Origin: Chthoniobacterales bacterium
Lineage (GTDB): Bacteria; Verrucomicrobiota; Verrucomicrobiia; Chthoniobacterales; JAFAMB01
Length of the DNA: 64,000 nt
Assembly (NCBI GenBank): GCA_036401335.1
Contig: DASWVC010000293.1
Span: 419 to 64,418, forward strand
Direction of reading: 5' to 3'
Shown: piece after piece, positions 53,526 through 62,190 of the stretch
Layout: every line of letters starts with the position of its first letter
Position numbering within the stretch: the stretch's first letter is position 1
The notes under the pieces: model-generated
Told to the model about the DNA's origin: nothing
Seen by the model: the letters and a program-made list of their open reading frames with translations, nothing else
The model's database searches: none
Made by a program: the position numbers and the translations under genes

Positions 53526-54818
53526 ATGAACATTCTGGTGGACAACGGCGATCCTGAGCTCACTAACCTCGGCGATTACGCGATGCTTTCGGCAGCCTGC
53601 CAGGAAATCGGCTTGGCCTGGCCGAAAGCCAGCTTGTTTACCTTTGCTTCCCGCCCGGAGCGGCTCGCGGAACTCCTTCCGGGCGTTCGCCCGGTTCCTA
53701 CCCTGGGCCGCGACCTCTGGTCCCGGCTGGCGGCGCTCGGGTGGTTCTGGGAGAGCAGGTTTCCCCGGTCCAGAAGGCTGGCGCAGCAATACCGTCTTTT
53801 TACGAGCCGCCCGTCTGCCGCGTTGCTCGCGCGCCTGACCGCGCCCGCTACGAAAGGCGGCCCGGAAGCGGTGCGCCAATTCTTAAGGTTCCTCCGTCGG
53901 GTGGATCTCTACTTTTGGTGCGGGGGCGGTTACCTGACGGACCCGTTCGGTTCCCTGGCCACAAAACTGGCCAATACGCTGGAAGTGCTGACCAGCCGGA
54001 CGGTTCCCGCCGCTGCCTTCGGCCTGGGGGTTGGGCCGCTGCACCGGCCCCGCATCCACGCCGCCGTGCGCTCCGCGATGGGTAATTTTCAGGCCGTGGG
54101 GTTGCGCGACCATGATTCCGCCCGGCAGCTTAAGGAATGGGGCATCGAGCAGGGGCGCGTCCGGGTGACGGGTGACGATGCACTGTCAACGGCGGAACGG
54201 CACACCCCTCCAGACCTTGGCACCTGGTTGGGAATCAGTTTCCGACACAGTTATTACTCCGGGTTCAGCCCTGAGCGGATGGTGCCGCTGACGGCGCGGC
54301 TGCCGGATTTCTGTGCGCGTCACCGCGCCGCCATGGCTTCCATCCCGATTGCCCGCGCGGACCTGTCGGCAAACTGGGGCCTGCGTTCAACCAGCGTTTC
54401 GTTCTACCAACCGCCTTTCGACCTTGCGTCCGTGCTCGACGCCGTCGGCCACTGCCGGCTGGTTGTAACCGCCTCCTACCATGCCGCGGTGTTCGCCCTG
54501 GCCATGGGTGTATCGGTGGTTGCGGTGACGGCCTCAGGGTATTACGCCCTCAAGTTCACCGGTCTGCAACGGTCGTTCGGAGGTCTGCTTCCGGTCATCC
54601 CGCTGCCGCTGCCTTCGGATGCGGCAGGCAACGAACGCCTTCTGGGTCAGATGGAAGAGAGCTGGCGCCGGGCCCCACAAGTGAGGGGAGAGTTGCAGGA
54701 CCGGGCGCGGCAACAGATTGAGGTGAACCGTCGCTTTCGCCACGAGGTTTTCGCGGAGCTGAGGCGGGAGACGGACGCAGTGCACGGAACCGTCGGCCAA
54801 CGGCAGGCTCACGGCTGA
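53526..54818 (+). CDS. polysaccharide pyruvyl transferase family protein
   Basis: MNILVDNGDPELTNLGDYAML, CGGGYLTDPF, ASYHAAVFALAMGVSVVAV. Paralog of 34078..35415. The track start 53439 is rejected. Confidence 0.85.
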   Translation: MNILVDNGDPELTNLGDYAMLSAACQEIGLAWPKASLFTFASRPERLAELLPGVRPVPTLGRDLWSRLAALGWFWESRFPRSRRLAQQYRLFTSRPSAALLARLTAPATKGGPEAVRQFLRFLRRVDLYFWCGGGYLTDPFGSLATKLANTLEVLTSRTVPAAAFGLGVGPLHRPRIHAAVRSAMGNFQAVGLRDHDSARQLKEWGIEQGRVRVTGDDALSTAERHTPPDLGTWLGISFRHSYYSGFSPERMVPLTARLPDFCARHRAAMASIPIARADLSANWGLRSTSVSFYQPPFDLASVLDAVGHCRLVVTASYHAAVFALAMGVSVVAVTASGYYALKFTGLQRSFGGLLPVIPLPLPSDAAGNERLLGQMEESWRRAPQVRGELQDRARQQIEVNRRFRHEVFAELRRETDAVHGTVGQRQAHG

Positions 54819-54891
54819 GGGCGTCTGAAGGCGGAGATGCCTCGCCTGCACTTGCGGACCTCGGGAGGCTGTGGGTAGGATTAAACGAAGA

Positions 54892-55812
54892 ATGAGAGTG
54901 ACCATTGGCATCCCGGTGTACAACTGCGAACGCTGGATTACAGCGACCATCCAGTCCGCCCTTGACCAGTCGTGGCCGGACAAGGAGGTGGTGGTGGTGG
55001 ATGACGGTTCCTTCGACGCTACGCCCCGCCTGTGCCGGGAGTTTGGTTCCAAGATTCGCTTCACCGCGCAGGGACGCAAAGGCGGCAACGCGGCGCGCAA
55101 CCGGATCATCGAGGCGGCGACGGGTGAGTTCATCCAGTTTCTGGATGCGGATGACGCGTTGCCTGCAGACAAAATCGAAGCCCAACTGGAATCCGGCACC
55201 CGTGCCGATGTGCTGTGCAGCCCGGTGCGCTTCGAGACCTGGAGCAACGGTCAACCGGTGCAGACGGATCTGCAGGTTCTGCCCGACCCGCTGGATTGGA
55301 AGGCGGAATGGCTGCGGTGGAACCTTCCTCAGACCGGCGGCTGCCTCTGGCGCAAATCGGCGCTGGTCCGCATCGATGGCTGGAACCAGCGCTTTCACTG
55401 CAACCAGGAATACGAGCTCTATTTTCGGGCGTTCAAGGCGGGCCTCCGCTTCCGTCGGGTACATGCGCCGGCAGCTATTTACCGGCTCTGGTCGGAAAAC
55501 ACGGTGTGCCGAAAGGACAAAGCGGGGGTGATCGAATCCAAGACGCAGCTGATCAGCAGCTTTCTGGACTGGCTGCGAACGCAGGGTGAAGAAACCGCAG
55601 CGTACCGGCGCCTGGCCGGCATCGCCTGCTTTGAGATGGCCCGTTCCCTGGCCGTGCAGGATCTGGAACGGGCTCGGCGGTATTTTCAAGCCCGGCGAAG
55701 CGAAGGGTTGATCACTCCCGAAGGTCCCGCCGCTCCTTGGAAATACCGGCTGCTCCTTCAGTTGCTCGGTTTTTCAGCCGCGGAACGGCTGGCCAAAGCG
55801 AGCCGGTCCTGA
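54892..55812 (+). CDS. family 2 glycosyltransferase
   Basis: MRVTIGIPVYNCERWITATIQSALDQSWPDKEVVVVDDGSFD...FLDADD. Paralog of 38729..39679. Confidence 0.9.
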   Translation: MRVTIGIPVYNCERWITATIQSALDQSWPDKEVVVVDDGSFDATPRLCREFGSKIRFTAQGRKGGNAARNRIIEAATGEFIQFLDADDALPADKIEAQLESGTRADVLCSPVRFETWSNGQPVQTDLQVLPDPLDWKAEWLRWNLPQTGGCLWRKSALVRIDGWNQRFHCNQEYELYFRAFKAGLRFRRVHAPAAIYRLWSENTVCRKDKAGVIESKTQLISSFLDWLRTQGEETAAYRRLAGIACFEMARSLAVQDLERARRYFQARRSEGLITPEGPAAPWKYRLLLQLLGFSAAERLAKASRS

Positions 55813-55873
55813 GCGACTGAAGGCACCGTTCACCCAGGCAGGTGCGATCGAGTCGACGCGTGCTGGGATAAGC

Positions 55874-56878
55874 ATGGCGCAACCCCGCGATCTGATGACC
55901 AAACCGATTTCCCTTTTGATTCCCTGTTATAACTCGGCCCGTTTTCTGCCGGGTTTGTTCGACCAGATCCACCGGCAGACCGTGCCCTTTGCGGAAATCA
56001 TTGTCTACGATGACCACAGCGCGGACGGTTCGGCTGCCGTCGCTGAGGCCCTTGGCGCGAGGGTGTTACGAGGCAAGGCCACACGCGGTCCGGGATTTGC
56101 CCGGAATCGCCTGCTGGAAGCAGCCGGTAAACCGTTCCTGCACTACCACGATGCCGACGACGGGGTGGAACCGCTCTTCGTGGAGAAAATGAGCCGGGCC
56201 TTGGACTCGGATCGGCATGGAACGGTTTGCGCCCTCCGGATCGTTCACCTCGACCACGCCGAGGCGGATTACGTGCTTCGGTTCCCGGAAATCGCTGCCC
56301 ATGCGGATCTCGTCGGATTCATGATCCGTACGTTCATCCACTTCGATGCCATGGTCGTTCCGCGACGGTTGTTGGTTGAGGCCGGCGGCTTTGTCGACCA
56401 GATGCGGTTTAGCGAAGACCGGGACTTGCTGGCACGGCTGGCCGCCACCGGAATCGCTTTCAATTACGTCGACGAACCGTTGGCCACCTGGACCAAGCAC
56501 GGGGCTTCCCTGACGCGCTCGCGTCCGACCCTTGCGCAGGCCCCGTACCGTCGCTGGTACCTTCACCGGTGTTACCGCAAACTCCCTTCGCAACACCGTC
56601 CCGCCATTGGGGACATGGCCTTGTACGTGGCCTGGATGTTCTACCACGATGCCCGTGGCCGGGAAGCCCGGGCCTACCGCGAGGAAGCCCGCCGCTGGAT
56701 GTACCTCGCCCGCCTTTGCCGCCGTCGCTACGGGCGTTCCGCTTCCTGGCCGGAAAAACTGCTCGCGCAGGGTTTCGGTCCAGAAGTGGCCTTCTTCGTT
56801 CGCCGGATGCACGCTGCCGCCCGGGGCCGGTTGGATGGTTCTCCGCGCAAAATCCAAAGCCCGACGGCACGCCCGTAG
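55874..56878 (+). CDS. family 2 glycosyltransferase
   Basis: ISLLIPCYNSARFL...IIVYDDHSADGS...HYHDADD. Paralog of 27027..27983. Confidence 0.9.
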   Translation: MAQPRDLMTKPISLLIPCYNSARFLPGLFDQIHRQTVPFAEIIVYDDHSADGSAAVAEALGARVLRGKATRGPGFARNRLLEAAGKPFLHYHDADDGVEPLFVEKMSRALDSDRHGTVCALRIVHLDHAEADYVLRFPEIAAHADLVGFMIRTFIHFDAMVVPRRLLVEAGGFVDQMRFSEDRDLLARLAATGIAFNYVDEPLATWTKHGASLTRSRPTLAQAPYRRWYLHRCYRKLPSQHRPAIGDMALYVAWMFYHDARGREARAYREEARRWMYLARLCRRRYGRSASWPEKLLAQGFGPEVAFFVRRMHAAARGRLDGSPRKIQSPTARP

Positions 56879-56889
56879 CGGCACCCGCC

Positions 56890-58131
56890 ATGCAGATCGC
56901 GTTTATCGTTGCGGGATTCCCCATTGCTTCGGAAACCTTTATTCTGAATCAGATCACGGGCCTTCTGCAACGCGGCCATCAAGTCGACGTGTTCGCCCAG
57001 TGGCGGGATACCGGGAGCGGCCCGCATCCGGACGTGACCCGCTTCCGGCTCGTGGAGCGCACCTTTTACCTGCACGTGAGCCCCCACCGTACCGCTCGCC
57101 TGCTGTCAGCCCTGGACGCCCTCGGCCGCGCGATGTCGCGCGGGCAACTCCGCATCTTCCGGGCGTTGGACCCGAGGCGCTTCGGCCGGCAGGCGCTGAA
57201 CCTCCGGGTGCTCAACCAGATGCGCCCCTTTATCGGCCGGCCGGCTTACGCCGTCGTGCACTGCCATTTCGGGCCTTCCGGCGTGATCGGCGACACGGTG
57301 CGCCAACTCGGTCTCACGGCCGCACCTTTGCTGACCACCTTTCACGGCTACGACATTTCGTCGTTTGTCCGGGAGCGCGGCCCGGAGGTGTACAAAAACC
57401 TTTTCCGGGATGGTGATGCCTTTACATGCTCCAGCCAGTTTATCCGCAACCGCTTGGTGAGCGCAGGGTGTCCGGCCCCCAGGATCCACCTGTTTAAGTT
57501 GGGCACCGACCTGAAAAAGTTCAGCTTTACCGCACGGGTTCCGGACGAGACGGGCGCCGTCCGACTGGTGACGGTGGCGCGGCTAACCGAGAAAAAGGGG
57601 CTTGAGTACTCAATTCGTGCGTTTGCCAAACTGGCGGCGCGCTTTCCTTTGCTGGAGTACAACATTGTCGGCGACGGCGATCAACGGAAACCGTTGGAAC
57701 GGCTGCTGAACGGGCTTGGACTTAACGGCAGGGTCAGGTTGCTGGGCTGGCGCACCGACCCTGAGGTACGGGAAATTTATGCCCGCTCCCACCTGTTTGT
57801 CCTGTCCAGCGTGGAAGCTGCCAACGGAGACATTGAAGGTCAGGGCATGGTGCTGCAGGAAGCCCAAGCCATGGGGCTGCCGGTGGTGTGCAGCCGGCAC
57901 AATGGCTTTCCGGAAGGCATCTTGGAGAATGAGTCCGGCTTTCTGGTGCCGGAGCGGGATGCAGACGCCCTCGCCGCCTGTCTAACCACCCTTTTGCAAC
58001 GTCCAGGCACCTGGCCCGAAATGGGCCAGCGCGGCCGGGCCTACGTCGAGGCGGAGTACGACCTTGAAAAGCGCAACGACGCACTCGTGGCGCTTTACGA
58101 CGAGTTACGGGCCCGGAGGGCACGACCGTAG
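56890..58131 (+). CDS. GT-B fold glycosyltransferase, family 4 (WcaL-like)
   Basis: MQIAFIVAGFPIASETFILNQITGLLQRGHQVDVFA. EX7E region EGQGMVLQEAQAMGLPVV. The ATG at 56890 is preferred over the track start 56569. Confidence 0.9.
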   Translation: MQIAFIVAGFPIASETFILNQITGLLQRGHQVDVFAQWRDTGSGPHPDVTRFRLVERTFYLHVSPHRTARLLSALDALGRAMSRGQLRIFRALDPRRFGRQALNLRVLNQMRPFIGRPAYAVVHCHFGPSGVIGDTVRQLGLTAAPLLTTFHGYDISSFVRERGPEVYKNLFRDGDAFTCSSQFIRNRLVSAGCPAPRIHLFKLGTDLKKFSFTARVPDETGAVRLVTVARLTEKKGLEYSIRAFAKLAARFPLLEYNIVGDGDQRKPLERLLNGLGLNGRVRLLGWRTDPEVREIYARSHLFVLSSVEAANGDIEGQGMVLQEAQAMGLPVVCSRHNGFPEGILENESGFLVPERDADALAACLTTLLQRPGTWPEMGQRGRAYVEAEYDLEKRNDALVALYDELRARRARP

Positions 58132-58138
58132 AACTTTT

Positions 58139-58179
58139 GGGCGGTGCGGGGGTCTCCTGCGTGCTCGCCCGTTTTTGTT
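58139..58179 (+). terminator. possible terminator after the GT operon
   Basis: GGGCG ... CGCCC stem with an imperfect GC-rich interior, followed by GTTTTTGTT. It lies between convergent genes. Confidence 0.35.
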
Positions 58180-58215
58180 CTCGCCAGCGCGGCGTTGGCG
58201 GCCCGCGTCAACGCA

Positions 58216-58971
58216 TCAGGCTCGGGTAACGGTGAGGCCCGCGCGTTTGAACGGTGCAATCAGGTCCTCCGGGGCATCAACCTCGACCACCATGCCGCTG
58301 ACCTCGTTCAGGGGCGCGATGACGTACGCGGAAGCGGCATGGAGCTTCTCGCTTGAGGCCAGCACGATCGTCTCGGCCGCCCGCCGGCTCAGGGCCCGCT
58401 TGACGTGCGCCTCCTCCAGGTCACCGGTGGACAGCCCCGCCTCCGGATGAATGCCGGTAACGCCCATGAAAAAGACGTCGGCCCGCACCTGGGCAGCCGC
58501 CTCGATCACCGCGGCACCAACGGCAACGATTGAATGTTTGAAAAGGCGTCCCCCCAACAGCACCACTTCCACATGGCGGTGGGCCACCAGCGCCACGGCA
58601 ACCGAAGGGCTGTGGGTCACGACCGTGGCCCGAAGGTTGGGGGCCAAGTGCCGGGCCAACTGTACCGCCGTGGTGCCGCCGTCGAGGATGACGACCTGCC
58701 CAGGCTGCACCAACGCCGCCGCAGCCCGGCCTATGGCGGTTTTGCCCTCCATTCCCAACCGCTGCCGGCCCGCAAAATCGGCCACGGCGGGCGAGGCTGG
58801 CAACGCCCCCCCGTGAACCCGCTGCAGGCGGCCCTCGCTTGCAAGCTCGCGCAGGTCACGACGGATGGTATCCTCCGAAAGCCGGAGTTCCTGGCTGAAC
58901 GTCTTGGCAACGAACTGCCCGTCCCGCTGGAGTCGGTCAAGAATGAGGTTCTTGCGTTGGCTCGTGAGCAT
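58216..58971 (-). CDS. DeoR family transcriptional regulator
   Basis: N-terminal HTH QRKNLILDRLQRDGQFVAKTFSQELRLSEDTIRRDLRELA. C-terminal DeoRC sugar-phosphate-binding-type domain (VVILDGGTT). Confidence 0.9.
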   Translation of the reverse strand: MLTSQRKNLILDRLQRDGQFVAKTFSQELRLSEDTIRRDLRELASEGRLQRVHGGALPASPAVADFAGRQRLGMEGKTAIGRAAAALVQPGQVVILDGGTTAVQLARHLAPNLRATVVTHSPSVAVALVAHRHVEVVLLGGRLFKHSIVAVGAAVIEAAAQVRADVFFMGVTGIHPEAGLSTGDLEEAHVKRALSRRAAETIVLASSEKLHAASAYVIAPLNEVSGMVVEVDAPEDLIAPFKRAGLTVTRA

Positions 58972-59002
58972 GGGTTCAGTCTAGGGCAGCAGCGCATCGT
59001 TC

Positions 59003-59060
59003 GCACGAATTTTCGGGGAGGTTGCACGAAGTTGCATGAATAAGCTTGATTTTTCACGAA
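59003..59060. promoter_or_regulatory. candidate operator: three (G/T)CACGAA repeats in the DeoR divergent intergenic region
   Basis: GCACGAA at 59003 and 59024, and TCACGAA at 59054 (spacing 21 and 30 nt). A related CACGTG lies at 59082. Confidence 0.25.
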
Positions 59061-59124
59061 AGCTGCCGATCATGCCTGCTTCACGTGCAGCAACTGCTTG
59101 AGCAAGTGCCAACAATTCCGTTTT

Positions 59125-59517
59125 ATGAATATGCCTCCCCATCGTCCTCTGACCATCCTGATTGCCGGCCCGTTTCGGTCCGGGTCTGGAGACGACCCAG
59201 TCCGGCTCTCCGACAATTTGCGTGCGTTGGAAGCTCATGCCCTGCCGCTCTGGCGTGCCGGGCACATCCCCATGATTGGCGAGTGGGTCGCCCTGCCCCT
59301 GATCCACGCGGCGGGCGGTACCCACATTGCCGACGGCGTGCACCAGGATTTTCTCTACCCGGTCGCCCGGCGCTTGATTGCGCGTTGCGATGCGGTGCTG
59401 CGGGTTCCCGGGGAGTCGAAGGGTGCTGACCAGGATGTCCGGTTGGCACGCGAGCACGGCCTGCCGGTGTACTTCCACGTCGACGAGGTGCCGGTGGCGG
59501 CCCGGCCGCATGTTTAG
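59125..59517 (+). CDS. DUF4406 / nucleoside 2-deoxyribosyltransferase-like fold protein
   Basis: LTILIAGPFRSG ... CDAVLRVPGESKGADQDVRLAREHGLPVY matches the pattern of this family as I recall it. The track start 59098 is TTG; the ATGs at 59125/59131 are preferred. Confidence 0.6.
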   Translation: MNMPPHRPLTILIAGPFRSGSGDDPVRLSDNLRALEAHALPLWRAGHIPMIGEWVALPLIHAAGGTHIADGVHQDFLYPVARRLIARCDAVLRVPGESKGADQDVRLAREHGLPVYFHVDEVPVAARPHV

Positions 59518-59547
59518 CTACCAACGTGAGCAGAGGATCTTAGCCGT

Positions 59548-60150
59548 ATGAACCCATCAGAACGTGTGCGCATCCGGGAGGTAAAGGTGCTTTCCGCCGA
59601 CTGGTACGTGCTCAAGAAGACGACGTTCGACTACCGCCTGCGGAACGGGGGTTGGAAGACGGTCAGCCGCGAAACCTACGATCGGGGCAACGGCGCCACC
59701 ATCCTCCTGTTCCATCGGCGGCGCGGAACGGTGCTGCTGACCCGGCAGTTCCGGCTTCCGGCCTACGTGAATGGTTGCGCTGACGGCATGCTGATCGAGG
59801 CGTGCGCGGGGCTTCTGGACGGCGACTTGCCGGAGGCCGCCATTCGGCGGGAGGCGCAGGAAGAGCTGGGGGTAGAGGTGGGCCCGGTGAAAAAGGTCAT
59901 GGAGGCCTACATGAGCCCCGGGTCCGTCACCGAAAAGCTGCACTTCTTTGTGGCGGAGTACGAGACGCCGCCCGGGGTAAGCGCGGGCAGGCTCGACGAG
60001 GGGGAAGAAATCGAAGTTATCGAAATGAGGCTCGAGGACGCCCTGGCGAAGGTTGAGCGGGGTGAGATCCAGGATGGCAAAACGATCATGCTGCTGCTTT
60101 GGGCGCAGCTGAATGCCTTTGTGAGCGGCCAGAAGAAGGTGTCGCCGTAA
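59548..60150 (+). CDS. nudK: NUDIX hydrolase, GDP-mannose pyrophosphatase NudK-like
   Basis: YDRGNGATILL, RQFRLPAYVNG, IEACAGLLD, Nudix box REAQEELGVEV, YMSPGSVTEKLHFFVAEY and GEIQDGKTIMLL closely track E. coli NudK. Confidence 0.85.
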   Translation: MNPSERVRIREVKVLSADWYVLKKTTFDYRLRNGGWKTVSRETYDRGNGATILLFHRRRGTVLLTRQFRLPAYVNGCADGMLIEACAGLLDGDLPEAAIRREAQEELGVEVGPVKKVMEAYMSPGSVTEKLHFFVAEYETPPGVSAGRLDEGEEIEVIEMRLEDALAKVERGEIQDGKTIMLLLWAQLNAFVSGQKKVSP

Positions 60151-60162
60151 CGGCGTGTGGAT

Positions 60163-61101
60163 TCACGGCGAGCCGCCTCCCCGAGGAGGCCGGCGGCTCT
60201 TGAAGAAGGTGCGAATGTCCGCCTCGCGCCGGTCTCCGTGATCCTTGACGCTGTGAATCACGCTGCGGCCTTGTGCGACGAGGCGGTCGGGTGCGTCCGG
60301 CAGGCCAAGGTGGCGCACCGCGAACACGTCACCGGCCTGGTCGAAGGGTTCCAGTCCATAGCCGGCGGCGGCTGCAAGCAACGCTACGATGGCGTCTTCG
60401 CCCAACGGGGCCTGCAGCCAGAGCGTTGGATCGTCGAGGTACCCTTCCCGGTGCAGGGCTTGCAAACACTCAGCCGACACGGCGTAACCTCCGCCTGAGC
60501 AGTGCTCGCCGAGGCGGTAGCCGTTCAGCAACGCCCGCCGCAGGACGTTCCGAATCCGTCCGTAGCGGCCCCAGAACGCCAACTGGAGCGCTGGGCCGCC
60601 GGCCGGCGTTCGACGCCAGACGCTGAATTGCCGCAGCAGTTTTTCCAGCGCAGGGGTTGAGGTGCGGTCTTTCATCCGGGCCGGGCTGAATTGGTAGGCT
60701 CCCAGGATGCCCGCTCCGGGAGTGGCGGCGAATTTCGCCCGGATGCGGTTTGCGCACGCACCGATCACGAGGGAATCGGTGTCGAGCTTCAGCACGAAAC
60801 TCACCTCAGAACTGGCGACCACCCGGCGCAAGCCGGCCAGCACGCCCGCTGCTGCGCCGGAGCCCCAACCCGAACCCCGGCCACGCCGCGGGTTGGGCAG
60901 CATGGTCACGCGGGAGCCGAGGCCGGGCGCAATTCGCTGGATGAGCGGACGGCCCTTGAGGTCGTCATCGACCAGGACAAGGTTGAATCGGCCGCCTTCG
61001 AAGGCTTCCAGGGCTTCGGCCAGGTCCCGTGCCCGCTCGATTTCCACCGGGTTTGGTCCGATCAACAGTACGACGGCGAATGGTTGCGTCCCTAAGTTCA
61101 T
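60163..61101 (-). CDS. uncharacterised GT-A-like glycosyltransferase family Y, copy 2
   Basis: FAVVLLIGPNP, NLVLVDD, NPRRGRGSGW, KLDTDSLVI, GEHCSGGGYAVS, SVIHSVKD. Paralog of 19154..20140. The ATG at 61101 is preferred over the TTG at 61116. Confidence 0.8.
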   Translation of the reverse strand: MNLGTQPFAVVLLIGPNPVEIERARDLAEALEAFEGGRFNLVLVDDDLKGRPLIQRIAPGLGSRVTMLPNPRRGRGSGWGSGAAAGVLAGLRRVVASSEVSFVLKLDTDSLVIGACANRIRAKFAATPGAGILGAYQFSPARMKDRTSTPALEKLLRQFSVWRRTPAGGPALQLAFWGRYGRIRNVLRRALLNGYRLGEHCSGGGYAVSAECLQALHREGYLDDPTLWLQAPLGEDAIVALLAAAAGYGLEPFDQAGDVFAVRHLGLPDAPDRLVAQGRSVIHSVKDHGDRREADIRTFFKSRRPPRGGGSP

Positions 61102-61132
61102 CACCGCCCAACCCAAAGAAGCGAACGCGCAT

Positions 61133-61957
61133 TCACGGCAGTATCCCCAACTGGTGCAAGTACCGTTTGGCCATCCGTTTCACCAGCGGGTCCAGGTGCT
61201 GCGGCAGCAGGCGTTCGTCGTATTGCGGCCCTGCCGCCGTGAGCCGTTGCAGGGACCCGGAGGGATGGATTTTGTCATGCCAATCATCAGTCCGGGCATG
61301 TTCCCAGCCGCTGAACCCCCCCGCAACGGAGCGCAGCCTGGTTGCCAGACGCCGCTGCATCTGCTCCGGCGAACGGTACTTGTAATGCTTGTAGAGCAAC
61401 CTTCGTGGATGAACGGGCCCCAGGTTAACCGGCCAGCCGGTGTGGTTGGGCCAGGTCAGCCGTTTGCGGTCACGGAAAAAACGGGGCTCGGAATTTGTCA
61501 CCGCGTAAAACTGCAGGCGTTCAAGGTCAGCCGGCGGCACCTCCGGCCGAAGCTGGTACCCGGGGCTGACGTCCTGCTCGGTCAGGTAGAATTCCACGGC
61601 GACGCCCCAGACTACGTGTTCAGGAGGGCGCACCCGGGCGAGGAACGCCCGCGGGTTTTCAAGGTAAAACTCGTCGGCATCAAGGTGGCACCACCAGTCG
61701 CCCGGCCGGGCACCCTCACGAAATGCGTTGAAGACTTCGGCCCGCAAGCTTTCCTGGAACACCTTGCCATCCCGTTTCCACGGAATGATTTTCTCGCTTG
61801 CCATGCTGCAGACCACGTCCCAGGTATCGTCCTCACTCTGGCCGTCGTAAACGATGATGCGGTCCGACCATCGCGCGGCCGCGTTGAGGCAGGCTCCGAT
61901 CACGTCGCCCTCGTTTTTGACCACACAGATGGAATGAATCTTGAAGTCGCAGGGCAT
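61133..61957 (-). CDS. glycosyltransferase family 2-like protein
   Basis: IHSICVVKNEGDVIGACLNAAARWSDRIIVYDGQSEDDT ... HLDADEFY. Confidence 0.8.
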   Translation of the reverse strand: MPCDFKIHSICVVKNEGDVIGACLNAAARWSDRIIVYDGQSEDDTWDVVCSMASEKIIPWKRDGKVFQESLRAEVFNAFREGARPGDWWCHLDADEFYLENPRAFLARVRPPEHVVWGVAVEFYLTEQDVSPGYQLRPEVPPADLERLQFYAVTNSEPRFFRDRKRLTWPNHTGWPVNLGPVHPRRLLYKHYKYRSPEQMQRRLATRLRSVAGGFSGWEHARTDDWHDKIHPSGSLQRLTAAGPQYDERLLPQHLDPLVKRMAKRYLHQLGILP

Positions 61958-62190
61958 GGATCATTTCTTCAACTTACCTGCCTCGTCGTTGCGGCGGGCA
62001 GGCTGCGTTTGTGCAGAACTGCTAAGCAGGGGCACCCGCCCGTCAACTGAAATGTCCGGGCGGACGTCCCGCCGCCGGAACGCTCCGTCGGAGCAACCGG
62101 GACGGACCGACGAACCGGGCGACCATCCGGGCATGGCTTGGGGGAAACGACTGCTGGCAAACGGCCTCAGGGTGCGGTAGGCGGTTTGGC

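Noticed and set aside
54595-55689. 364-aa minus-strand ORF; similar long antisense ORFs at 17205-18284, 62167-63096, 25310-26284, 24520-25104, 20849-21580 and 48398-49144
   Set aside because: All lie opposite or out of frame to CDSs with strong family motifs. All have Arg/Pro/Gly-biased composition. They are shadow ORFs.
60707-62050. 447-aa plus-strand ORF
   Set aside because: It is antisense to two well-supported glycosyltransferase genes (60163-61101 and 61133-61957). It is low-complexity and R/P-rich with no recognisable domain.
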